A stretch of DNA of 32,000 nucleotides from Thermosulfurimonas dismutans (GTDB lineage: Bacteria; Desulfobacterota; Thermodesulfobacteria; Thermodesulfobacteriales; Thermodesulfobacteriaceae), in assembly GCF_001652585.1 (NCBI RefSeq), contig NZ_LWLG01000011.1:37111-69110 (forward strand), in the 5' to 3' direction. Both the position numbers and the translations under genes were made by a program. Each line of letters begins with the position of its first letter. The stretch's first letter is position 1. The notes beneath the pieces were generated by a model that ran no database searches, was not told the origin of the DNA, and saw only the letters and a list, made by a program, of their open reading frames with translations. Shown in pieces: positions 1-7,172 of the stretch.

Positions 1-133
1 TTCCTTCTCAAGGGCCTGGAGCCGAGACCTTAACCTCTCCGGGTCAAAGGCACCTCCTTAGGTCCGAAAGCTTATTTTCAAGCCTTTCAAGTTCGGCTTT
101 GATTTCAGCTGGCTGAAGAGCTACTTCTTTCAT
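1..133 (-). CDS. prfB: Peptide chain release factor 2, N-terminal part (cut by the window edge), with programmed +1 frameshift
   Basis: Too short for the ORF track. ATG at 133-131 follows AAGGAGGAGG. Frame 0 reads MKEVALQPAEIKAELERLENKLSDLRRCL then TGA (46-44). A +1 shift at CTT-TGA-C continues DPERLRSRLQALEKE to base 1. This is the typical RF2 N-terminus and recoding layout. Confidence 0.85.
43..58 (-). other. prfB +1 ribosomal frameshift cassette (internal SD, 3-nt spacer, CUU UGA C)
   Basis: The minus strand reads AGGAGG TGC CTT TGA C. E. coli prfB has AGGGGG TAT CTT TGA C, with the same spacing and slippery/stop context. Confidence 0.85.
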
Positions 134-144
134 AACCTCCTCCT

Positions 145-1470
145 TTAGGCCTTCGCGATCATGGCCCGCATGAGATCGGCCGCGTTTTCCGAGCGTCCGG
201 AAATTTCACCTATGTATTCCAGTAGCTGGAGTAAAAAATAAACTCTTGAAAAATCGGTATCAAGGGCAAAGACCTCCCTTTTGATCTCGGTCGAGAAAAG
301 ATCGTTTTCGTGTTCGCGACGTCGTATTTCGCGCACGATTTCCTTGGCATCCTGTCTGGAAGCCTCATCCCCCCTCTCGATGTACAAACGAGATTTCTCA
401 ATAAGAGGCCCCAAAAACTCCGCAGTCTTCACATTTTCTTCAAGAAGTTTCAAAATCTTGGAGGACAGAACCTCCGGGACGGCAACTTGCTTAAAGGTTA
501 GCCATTTCAGGATGTCTTCCGCAGCATCCGCTACAGCATCCTGCTCTTTAAGATACAGAAACAATTCGAACTTATCCACCGGCGTAATAATGCCATAGGG
601 TAAATGTCCTCTTATGTTTTGTTTTAAGCGATCGGCTTCCCTCTCGATATCAATGATGTCCCGAGAAATCTCCTCCAAACGCTCTTTATCTCCCTTAAAG
701 TAGGCCTCCAAAGCCAGGGGCAAACGCTCCGTGCACTCAATCACCAGCCTGGCATGCCTTTCAAGAAGATCAAACAGATAGGGCTTCTCTTTCTCTTCCG
801 TTTTCTCAGGAAGGACCTTCTCATGTTTCACCACTTTCCCTTCTACGATGTAAACAATTTCTTCCGCGATATTGGTGGCCAGATCCGCCACCCTCTCAAG
901 ATTCTGAGCCACTACAATATACTCCACCCCGATCCTGGTGGTCTGAGGATTCTTCTCCATGCAATCCACGATTTTCTCGATCACCAACTTTTTGTAACGA
1001 TCCACCTCATCATCCCAGGACTTTATCTCCCGAGCCTTTTGGGCATCTCGGCCCACAAAGGCATTGATGACTTCTTCGAGCATCCGCAGGGCCTTACGGG
1101 CCATCTCTGAAAGATCAACGGGACAGGTAAAGACGTGCGGTAAGGCTAAAAGACGCGGCACCCTCTCCGCAATATTTACTGCCTGATCTCCCAACCTCTC
1201 CAGATCTCGGATCATATCCAGAGTAGAAACCACGAAACGAAGATCACTAGCCACCGGATGTTTAAGAGCAATGGTTTCCAGACAAAGCCTGTCAATGGCA
1301 ACATCCAGGGCGTCCACCCGCATATCCTGAGCGATGACCTTTTCGGCCAACTCCGGGTCCCGCTTCTCAAAGGCCGTAACCGCCGATCGCACCATCTCCA
1401 CCACCAGACGGCACATCTCAAGGAGATGGTTGCGAATATCCTGTAAATTTTTTTCTAAAAGGACACTCAT
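145..1470 (-). CDS. PhoU (two PhoU repeats) fused to a DUF47/TIGR00153 (PhoU-like, Pit-accessory type) domain
   Basis: The N-terminal ~215 aa carry both PhoU repeats, with acidic motifs DMRVDALD and DDEVDRY. A VLPEKTEEKEKP linker follows, then a DUF47-like half (IEREADRLK..., ITPVDKFELFLYLKEQDAVADAAEDI). I trimmed the start to ATG 1470-1468 (MSVLLEKNL), which follows AAGGGGAG. The 20 codons the track adds upstream have no RBS. Confidence 0.8.
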   Translation of the reverse strand: MSVLLEKNLQDIRNHLLEMCRLVVEMVRSAVTAFEKRDPELAEKVIAQDMRVDALDVAIDRLCLETIALKHPVASDLRFVVSTLDMIRDLERLGDQAVNIAERVPRLLALPHVFTCPVDLSEMARKALRMLEEVINAFVGRDAQKAREIKSWDDEVDRYKKLVIEKIVDCMEKNPQTTRIGVEYIVVAQNLERVADLATNIAEEIVYIVEGKVVKHEKVLPEKTEEKEKPYLFDLLERHARLVIECTERLPLALEAYFKGDKERLEEISRDIIDIEREADRLKQNIRGHLPYGIITPVDKFELFLYLKEQDAVADAAEDILKWLTFKQVAVPEVLSSKILKLLEENVKTAEFLGPLIEKSRLYIERGDEASRQDAKEIVREIRRREHENDLFSTEIKREVFALDTDFSRVYFLLQLLEYIGEISGRSENAADLMRAMIAKA

Positions 1471-1618
1471 CGAAACGCTCCCCTTACCCGGCCTTATGAA
1501 AAAGTTACCTGAATTTGATCCCCGGGACAAGGTTTGAGCTTGTTCTTGTTAAAGAATATAAAAAGAAGGGCTTATTGAACCGAAAGAATATGCCCCAAAA
1601 ACTATAAAAAGCCTTATT

Positions 1619-2395
1619 TCACGACTTACGCCCGTAACCTTCCAAGTCCAGTGATACCTTTTTAAAGCCCAGTAGTTTCAAGGATTTGACCCAAATTTCT
1701 CTATTATAAAAAGCCCTCTCAAGGGCCCCTTCCGGGACCTCTACCCGGGCTTCTCCTCTGAGATATCTCACTCTCAAAGGTTGCACTTTCAATAAGTCTT
1801 TCAACTTCCTTTCGGCCTCATAGACCATTTTCAAGGCCTCCTCGGTCACGGGTTCTCCAGGAGGAAAACGGGTAGCCAAACACGGCGAGGACGTTTTTTC
1901 AGCCTGGGGAAGTCCCAGTTTTCTAGCCAGTTTCCGCACCTCGGTCTTGTTAAGCCCTCCCGCAAGAAGAGGGCTTTCTACGCCCAGTTCCTTCAAAGCC
2001 CTTAAGCCCGGCCTATCTTCAAAAAGATCGTCCAGTTGGGTCCCGTCCCAAACGGCTTCAGCTCCCCAGGCCCTGGCCACTTCGTAAAATTTCTCAAAAA
2101 GGGCCTTTTTGCAGTGATAACAGCGATCAGGAGGATTTTCCCGAAAGGCCGGGAGACTGAGGGGCTCAAATTTTACTTCATAATGTTCAACTCCAAGATG
2201 GCCTGCCGTCCTCCTTGCTAGCTCGCTTTCCTCTGGGGGGAAGATCGGCCCCGTGGCGGTAATAGCGAGGACGGAGTCCCTTCCCAAAGTCCGGATGGCC
2301 AAAGCTAGGAGAACGGCACTGTCCACCCCTCCGGACAGGGCCACCGCCACTCGACGGTGGCCCTCAAAGACTTTCTTTAAGCTCTCCGGAATCAC
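1619..2395 (-). CDS. PP-loop ATP pyrophosphatase of the LarE / TIGR00268 type (candidate sulfur transferase)
   Basis: SGGVDS PP-loop at residues 21-26. The SPCLATRF motif matches the LarE catalytic-Cys region (C172). CYHC lies at residues 92-95. The GTG start overlaps the upstream TAG (TAGTG). Confidence 0.75.
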   Translation of the reverse strand: MIPESLKKVFEGHRRVAVALSGGVDSAVLLALAIRTLGRDSVLAITATGPIFPPEESELARRTAGHLGVEHYEVKFEPLSLPAFRENPPDRCYHCKKALFEKFYEVARAWGAEAVWDGTQLDDLFEDRPGLRALKELGVESPLLAGGLNKTEVRKLARKLGLPQAEKTSSPCLATRFPPGEPVTEEALKMVYEAERKLKDLLKVQPLRVRYLRGEARVEVPEGALERAFYNREIWVKSLKLLGFKKVSLDLEGYGRKS

Positions 2396-3591
2396 TAGCC
2401 TGAAGATCTAAAAGGGAAGAGATCAGCCCCTGGTATGGGGGCCACCGGTTCAGTAAGGAGCATCTCGCCTTTCTTGATCCAATCTTTTAGGATCTCGGCA
2501 ATTTCCTTGGCCCGAACATAACTCGAAATGGGAACCGTGGGCACTTCCTTATCCAGGACCTTGATCTTTCCGCTCTTGAGCTCGGCGTAGCTTACGATTC
2601 CATAGTTCCGCTTGATGCCGTTGGGGTAGTCGTAAGCATAGTCCACTACCTGGGTAAAAAGATCCTCATCACCCAGACCGGCATACATGGCCACTTCTTC
2701 GTTCAGAATGGGGATAGGAATACCTAGCCCCACGGCCAAGGAACAACCATAACCCAGGTGACTAGTGCCCACGATCCAGCGCGGATCCATCTCCTTAAGG
2801 TTCCCGATTACCATCAAGGTAGCCCCCGGAGTAAGGGGAGCCCCTTTCTCCGTGCGTTTAACCTTCATGTTGTGCTGTGTCCCGGCCCAGATCACATACC
2901 CTTTGGCCCCACCTAAGAAAATCCTAGTACCGATCCCGATGGTCTTGAGATAAGGGTCTTTCAGAAGGGGGGAGAGTTGACCGGCAGTGGCATAATTGGC
3001 GTTGGCCGCCTTGGGACGCAAAATCCCCATATAGGTATAAATGGTTTTATCAGAAAGGTTAATGGCGCAGTTATAGTTCTGATAGGCATTGCGGGGATTG
3101 CAGAGCACGGCGTAGGGGAGATCCTTGAGGGTGATCTCAGCTTCATATTCTTTGCGTGGATAACAGTGAGTGCCGTAAGCCACGGCCTTCAGATAAACCT
3201 TCTTGCCGGCCACCAGATCATGAATTACGTGTCCCCCACCGTAACGGAACTCGCCCGGGAAAACTTTATTTAGGGGATCGTCCTCCACAGGCTCCGTAGC
3301 CCCGAGGTAAATGTCTACGGCCGCAAGCCCGGCGTAGGCCGGAACCCCGTTAAGCCACACCCGGTAGGCCTTAATAGTGGGTACAGTGTGCCCAAAGTTG
3401 ATGAAGGCCCCGGAGGAACACATGGGCGAAAAGGTCCCAGTGGTGACCACATCCACCTCGCGAGCGGCCTCCTCTGGCCCTACTTCCTTCACGATTTTTA
3501 CCATTTCCTCCGCGGTCACCACCACCGCTTCCCCTCGCCGAATCTTCTCGTTGATCTCGTCAATGGTTTTCCGTACCTTGAACTCCCCCAT
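2395..3591 (-). CDS. COG1900 / DUF39 family protein (homocysteine biosynthesis, sulfur-incorporation type as in methanogens)
   Basis: 398 aa with the characteristic DUF39 sequence (VVTTGTFSPMCSSGAFINFGH, RVWLNGVPAYAGLAAVDIYLGAT, GGGHVIHDLVAGK, TRIFLGGAKGYVIWAGTQH). ATG is preceded by GAGGAGG at 7 nt. Confidence 0.75.
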   Translation of the reverse strand: MGEFKVRKTIDEINEKIRRGEAVVVTAEEMVKIVKEVGPEEAAREVDVVTTGTFSPMCSSGAFINFGHTVPTIKAYRVWLNGVPAYAGLAAVDIYLGATEPVEDDPLNKVFPGEFRYGGGHVIHDLVAGKKVYLKAVAYGTHCYPRKEYEAEITLKDLPYAVLCNPRNAYQNYNCAINLSDKTIYTYMGILRPKAANANYATAGQLSPLLKDPYLKTIGIGTRIFLGGAKGYVIWAGTQHNMKVKRTEKGAPLTPGATLMVIGNLKEMDPRWIVGTSHLGYGCSLAVGLGIPIPILNEEVAMYAGLGDEDLFTQVVDYAYDYPNGIKRNYGIVSYAELKSGKIKVLDKEVPTVPISSYVRAKEIAEILKDWIKKGEMLLTEPVAPIPGADLFPFRSSG

Positions 3592-3613
3592 AAGACGCCT
3601 CCTCTAAAGATAT

Positions 3614-4210
3614 TCAGTCCACCACCGATATGACCCGGTGGCCAGCCACCTCCAGGGCCGAAGCCAAAGGTTCCAATGGCATGCGTTCAAGGCGGATAAA
3701 GTAGATCTTCTCGCCACTCGGTTCCACATCCATGCCAATAGAGATCACCTTTCCTCCGTGGGCGCGGACGATCTCAAGGACCCCATCAAGGCCTTCCGGC
3801 TCTCGAGGAATAACGTCAAGCCGACTGCTCGAACGCAAAAGTCCCATAAGTTCAATAAAGGCCTCCAGGATATCCGTAATAGTGATGATCCCCACCAAGC
3901 GATCGCCTTCCACCACCGGGAGACCGCCGATTTTGTGCCGATAAATGATCCGGGCCGCCGCATCAATGGTGGTATCCGGGGAAACCGTGATGGGATTAAG
4001 GATCATGATCTCCCTAAGAGGTTTCCCTAACTCCTCTGGCCGGGCATACTGGCGAATAGTACTTTCGGTAACCAACCCCACCAATCGCCCATCTTCCACC
4101 ACCGGAAGGTGTCTTATGGAATGGAGTTTCATGAGCTGCACCGCCTTCTCCAAGGAGTCCTCTGGAGAGACCGTAACCACCTTTTTTATCATCCAGTGCC
4201 TAACCTTCAA
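3614..4210 (-). CDS. CBS-pair protein with C-terminal ACT-like domain (AcuB-like regulatory subunit)
   Basis: Two CBS motifs (VVTVSPEDSLEKAVQLM...HLPVVEDGRLVGLVT and ITVSPDTTIDAAARII...GGLPVVEGDRLVGIITITD), then a small beta-alpha domain. TTG start with AAGGGGG 8 nt upstream. Confidence 0.75.
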   Translation of the reverse strand: MKVRHWMIKKVVTVSPEDSLEKAVQLMKLHSIRHLPVVEDGRLVGLVTESTIRQYARPEELGKPLREIMILNPITVSPDTTIDAAARIIYRHKIGGLPVVEGDRLVGIITITDILEAFIELMGLLRSSSRLDVIPREPEGLDGVLEIVRAHGGKVISIGMDVEPSGEKIYFIRLERMPLEPLASALEVAGHRVISVVD

Positions 4211-4275
4211 AAATAGGCCCCCTTATTCCTTATTTCCCCTCAATCTATTCTGATTGTAGTCTTTTCGCAAGAAGG

Positions 4276-4986
4276 CTAAAAAGCCCTAAGAAGGGCCGCC
4301 AGAGCCGAAAGGAAGAGAAACAGATGTATAACACGATGATAAGAAACCTCGCCTATCCGACGATAAAGTCCTTGGCCTAAGGCCATCCCGAAAAGAACAG
4401 CCGGAAGATAGAGCAGATAGGCCTTCAAAGTGGAATCCCCCAATCGCCCGTAAAGTCCATGGGCCAGAATCATAAAACCCACCATGACCATGAATACCCC
4501 CTGAAGAGCACTCTTGAGCTCGTCCTTTCCCACTCGCAGTAGATTGACATAAATCACCACCGGTGGCCCAGGGGTGTTGAGCATCCCGCCCAGAAAACCG
4601 GCCATAAACCCGAAAACCGGGCCCCAAAGTGGTGAAAGCTGTATCTTCCTGAATCTAGGGAAACATTCCCAGAGACAATATCCTGAGACCGTAAAGAAAA
4701 GGACAAACCGCAGGATCTTCTCCGGAAAAAGGCTAAGGGCCTCGGCTCCCAGAAAGATCCCCGGAATAGCTCCCAGGAGAAGCCCCAATACAGGTTTCAG
4801 TCTAAAGCTTCTCCTCATAAGCCAAAATAAAATAAGGTTCATGGTGAATCCCCAAAGAGCGATCACCGGAACAATTTCGGAAAGGGGACGAATTAGGGAG
4901 AGTAAAGGGACAGCCAATAGAGCAAAAGCAAAACCTGCAAGCCCGTGAACAAAAGCCGAAAAAAAGAGAATCAGGGCCTCAAGCAT
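4276..4986 (-). CDS. TSUP (TauE/SafE, DUF81) family anion permease
   Basis: 236 aa and polytopic, with the two-repeat Gly-rich TM pattern (GLAGFAFALLAVPLL, GFLGGMLNTPGPPVVIY). Its ATG overlaps the hisS stop (TAATG). Confidence 0.75.
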   Translation of the reverse strand: MLEALILFFSAFVHGLAGFAFALLAVPLLSLIRPLSEIVPVIALWGFTMNLILFWLMRRSFRLKPVLGLLLGAIPGIFLGAEALSLFPEKILRFVLFFTVSGYCLWECFPRFRKIQLSPLWGPVFGFMAGFLGGMLNTPGPPVVIYVNLLRVGKDELKSALQGVFMVMVGFMILAHGLYGRLGDSTLKAYLLYLPAVLFGMALGQGLYRRIGEVSYHRVIHLFLFLSALAALLRAF

Positions 4987-6248
4987 TAGAATCGCAGATC
5001 TATCAAAATACGATTGACAAGATCGGTAAGATTTTCAAAAGGAAGAGGCTCCTGAGTCCTGGTCTCAAGATCCTTAAGAAGGGCTTCTTTTTTCTGGAGT
5101 TCATCCTCGCCAAGGATCAAGACCTTTCTTGCGGAAAGACGATCGGCCTGCCGCAGGAGGGCTTTGAGACGGCGCCCCTCGTAGTCGGCCTCTACCCGGA
5201 TACCCCTAGCTCGCAGACTCCGGGCAAGTCTGAGAGTCACCCGAGCAGCCTCTTCTCCAAGAGGGGCGATAAAAAGCTCAGGCGGACTTTCGAGTTCCGC
5301 AGGAAGCTCAGAAACCAGAAGCCACCTCTCTATACCGATGGCAAAACCCACCGCCGGAGTATCCGGTCCTCCAAGGGCGGAAACTAATCCATCGTAGCGC
5401 CCACCGGCAGCTACCGTATCCTGAGCCCCGAGTCCTGGGGCTTTGATTTCAAAGATGGTCCGCGTGTAGTAATCCAGGCCCCGGACCAGCCTAGGATTTA
5501 CTTGGTAGCTCACTTCGGCCTCGGAAAGGTAGGCTTTAAAAGCTTCGTAGTGGGCACGACAGTCTTCACAGAGAAAATTGGTAAGCTCGGGGGCCTCCCG
5601 ATACTCAGCCTGGCAGACTTCGTTTTTACAGTCCAAAGCCCGCAAAGGATTGCGTTCGGCCCGTCTCTGACAATCCTCACAAAGACGCTCTTTACGAGCA
5701 AGGAGAAACTCTCTCAGTTCTTCCCGAAAAGGCACTCGACAATCTGGACAGCCCAATGAGTTTATTTCAAGCCTTAAATTCCGGGCTCCACCGGCTTCAA
5801 GGATATCCAAGGCCATCACTACCAGTTCGGCATCCGTACCCGGAGATTGGGCGCCAAAGACTTCCACATCAATCTGGTGAAACTGACGCAGTCGGCCTTT
5901 CTGGGGACGTTCATGTCGGAACATGGGACCAATGGTAAAGAGTTTAATAGGCTTGGGACGGTTGTGTAAACCATGTTCAATAAAAGCTCTCACTATGCCC
6001 GCAGTGGCTTCCGGCCGCAGGGTCAACCTTTCCTGATTACGATCCACAAAGGTGTACATCTCCTTTTCCACAATATCAGTGGCCTCGCCAATACTGCGGG
6101 CAAACAGTTCAGTCTTTTCCAAAATAGGAACCCGGATTTCCCGAAATCCATAGCGGACAAGAATCTCTCGGGCTTGGGCCTCAAGCCAGCTCCAGGCCGG
6201 AGTTTCTTCCGGCAAAATGTCCTTAAATCCTCGTACAGACTTAATCAT
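4986..6248 (-). CDS. hisS: Histidine--tRNA ligase
   Basis: Class II motifs VRGFKDILPEE, LRPEATAGIVRAF and FRHERPQKGRLRQFHQ, plus a C-terminal anticodon-binding domain. I prefer ATG 6248 (MIKSVRG). The track starts at GTG 6254. No SD is present, and the start overlaps the DUF190 stop. Confidence 0.9.
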   Translation of the reverse strand: MIKSVRGFKDILPEETPAWSWLEAQAREILVRYGFREIRVPILEKTELFARSIGEATDIVEKEMYTFVDRNQERLTLRPEATAGIVRAFIEHGLHNRPKPIKLFTIGPMFRHERPQKGRLRQFHQIDVEVFGAQSPGTDAELVVMALDILEAGGARNLRLEINSLGCPDCRVPFREELREFLLARKERLCEDCQRRAERNPLRALDCKNEVCQAEYREAPELTNFLCEDCRAHYEAFKAYLSEAEVSYQVNPRLVRGLDYYTRTIFEIKAPGLGAQDTVAAGGRYDGLVSALGGPDTPAVGFAIGIERWLLVSELPAELESPPELFIAPLGEEAARVTLRLARSLRARGIRVEADYEGRRLKALLRQADRLSARKVLILGEDELQKKEALLKDLETRTQEPLPFENLTDLVNRILIDLRF

Positions 6249-6582
6249 TTTCACAGGGAGGATTCTTATGACAGATGGTATAAAGCTCGGTTACGGTAAT
6301 CATACCCCGGGTAAGGATTCTCTCAAGCTCGGGAAGAATGTCCTCCACCTTCTCTAGGGTCTCAACAACCTCTATTTTCAGAGGCAAATTCTCCGAAGCC
6401 CTAAGGAGGCTTGCAGAGTGGACTTTTTTATCCGGCCCGTAACCATAAACCCCTTTAAATAGGGTAAGTCCGTGAATATCTCTTTCTCGAAGAAAGTCCA
6501 AAATGACCTTATAAAGGGGCTTTTTCCCCAGTTTTTCATCTTCGTCCACATAAATGGAAAGCAACACACATTTTTCTTTCAT
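6241..6582 (-). CDS. DUF190 (PII-like) protein, the common partner of CrcB
   Basis: 113 aa (LLSIYVDEDEKLGKKPLYKVILDFLRERDIHGLTLFKGVYGYG). It overlaps the crcB stop by ATGA. Confidence 0.65.
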   Translation of the reverse strand: MKEKCVLLSIYVDEDEKLGKKPLYKVILDFLRERDIHGLTLFKGVYGYGPDKKVHSASLLRASENLPLKIEVVETLEKVEDILPELERILTRGMITVTELYTICHKNPPCEND

Positions 6583-6953
6583 CTAATCAACACCTGAGCC
6601 AAAAGTTCTCCCAATCTTACCCCTATTATACCCAAAATAAAGCTACCCAAAGCGTTAAGAGCGGTAAGGAGCCATTCTCCACTCTTCAAAAGTTCATTGG
6701 TCTCGTAGGCGAAAGTAGAAAAAGTGGTAAAGGAGCCCAGAAAACCCACGGCCAGAAAGAATCTTACCGCCGGGCTTACATAAAGCGTTCCGGTAGCAAG
6801 ACTCATGAGAAAACCCAAGGCAAACGACCCTAGGAGATTCACCGCCAGAGTACCTAAAGGAAAGTCCACCCCAAAACGGAGAAACCAACCACTTACCAGA
6901 TAGCGACAGACGGCCCCGAGGCATCCCCCGAGGCCTATGTAAATCAACTTCAA
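6579..6953 (-). CDS. crcB: Fluoride ion channel CrcB/FluC
   Basis: 124 aa with 4 TM segments and the motifs GGCLGAVCRY, GTLAVNLLGSF and GFLGSFTTFSTF. TTG start preceded by GGGAGGG. Confidence 0.9.
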   Translation of the reverse strand: MKLIYIGLGGCLGAVCRYLVSGWFLRFGVDFPLGTLAVNLLGSFALGFLMSLATGTLYVSPAVRFFLAVGFLGSFTTFSTFAYETNELLKSGEWLLTALNALGSFILGIIGVRLGELLAQVLIR

Positions 6954-6982
6954 TCTATCCCTCCCTACCGCTGTCCGGCTTA

Positions 6983-7009
6983 TTTATACCACTTTTAAGT
7001 TTTTGTAAA
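6983..7009 (-). promoter_or_regulatory. Candidate crcB-operon promoter (TTTACA, then extended -10 TGGTATAAA)
   Basis: The minus strand reads TTTACA-N15-TATAAA with TG at the extended -10 position, about 30 nt upstream of the TTG start. Confidence 0.35.
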
Positions 7010-7030
7010 TTTTTACTTTTCTTTACAAAA
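7001..7030. repeat. Inverted repeat TTTTGTAAA-N12-TTTACAAAA
   Basis: Perfect 9-bp arms (7001-7009 and 7022-7030) in the crcB/cytochrome divergent intergenic region. The left arm covers the putative crcB -35. Confidence 0.6.
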
Positions 7031-7105
7031 TTATGAAATATTCCTAAATAACTATCAAAAGGAAGTTTCTTAACAATATTTCAAGACCTTGGGCCCAAAA
7101 AAGAT

Positions 7106-7134
7106 TTGGTATTTTATATAAATGAGTTTATAAC
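7106..7134 (+). promoter_or_regulatory. Candidate sigma70-type promoter of the cytochrome gene
   Basis: TTGGTA-N17-TATAAC, about 40 nt upstream of the ATG. RBS GGGAGA lies 6 nt before the ATG. Confidence 0.35.
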
Positions 7135-7172
7135 TTAATATTGAAGTCAAATCTACGCTAGGGAGAGCGACC

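Noticed and set aside
1471-1530. A 20-codon N-terminal extension of the PhoU-DUF47 ORF in the track (MSRGSNSGNFF...).
   Set aside because: The internal ATG at 1470 is preceded by AAGGGGAG and begins the conserved PhoU N-terminus. The extension has no RBS.
6954-7000. An expected fluoride riboswitch upstream of crcB.
   Set aside because: The leader is too short. I see no match to the conserved crcB-motif elements as I recall them (the GGCGAUG...CUGAUGAU...CCUAC-type core). Only a cmsearch could exclude it formally.
7137-7150. An FNR/CRP-like half-palindrome ATTGAAGTCAAAT near the cytochrome transcription start.
   Set aside because: The 2-nt spacing does not fit TTGAT-N4-ATCAA or TGTGA-N6-TCACA, and the arms are imperfect. 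It is likely chance in AT-rich DNA.
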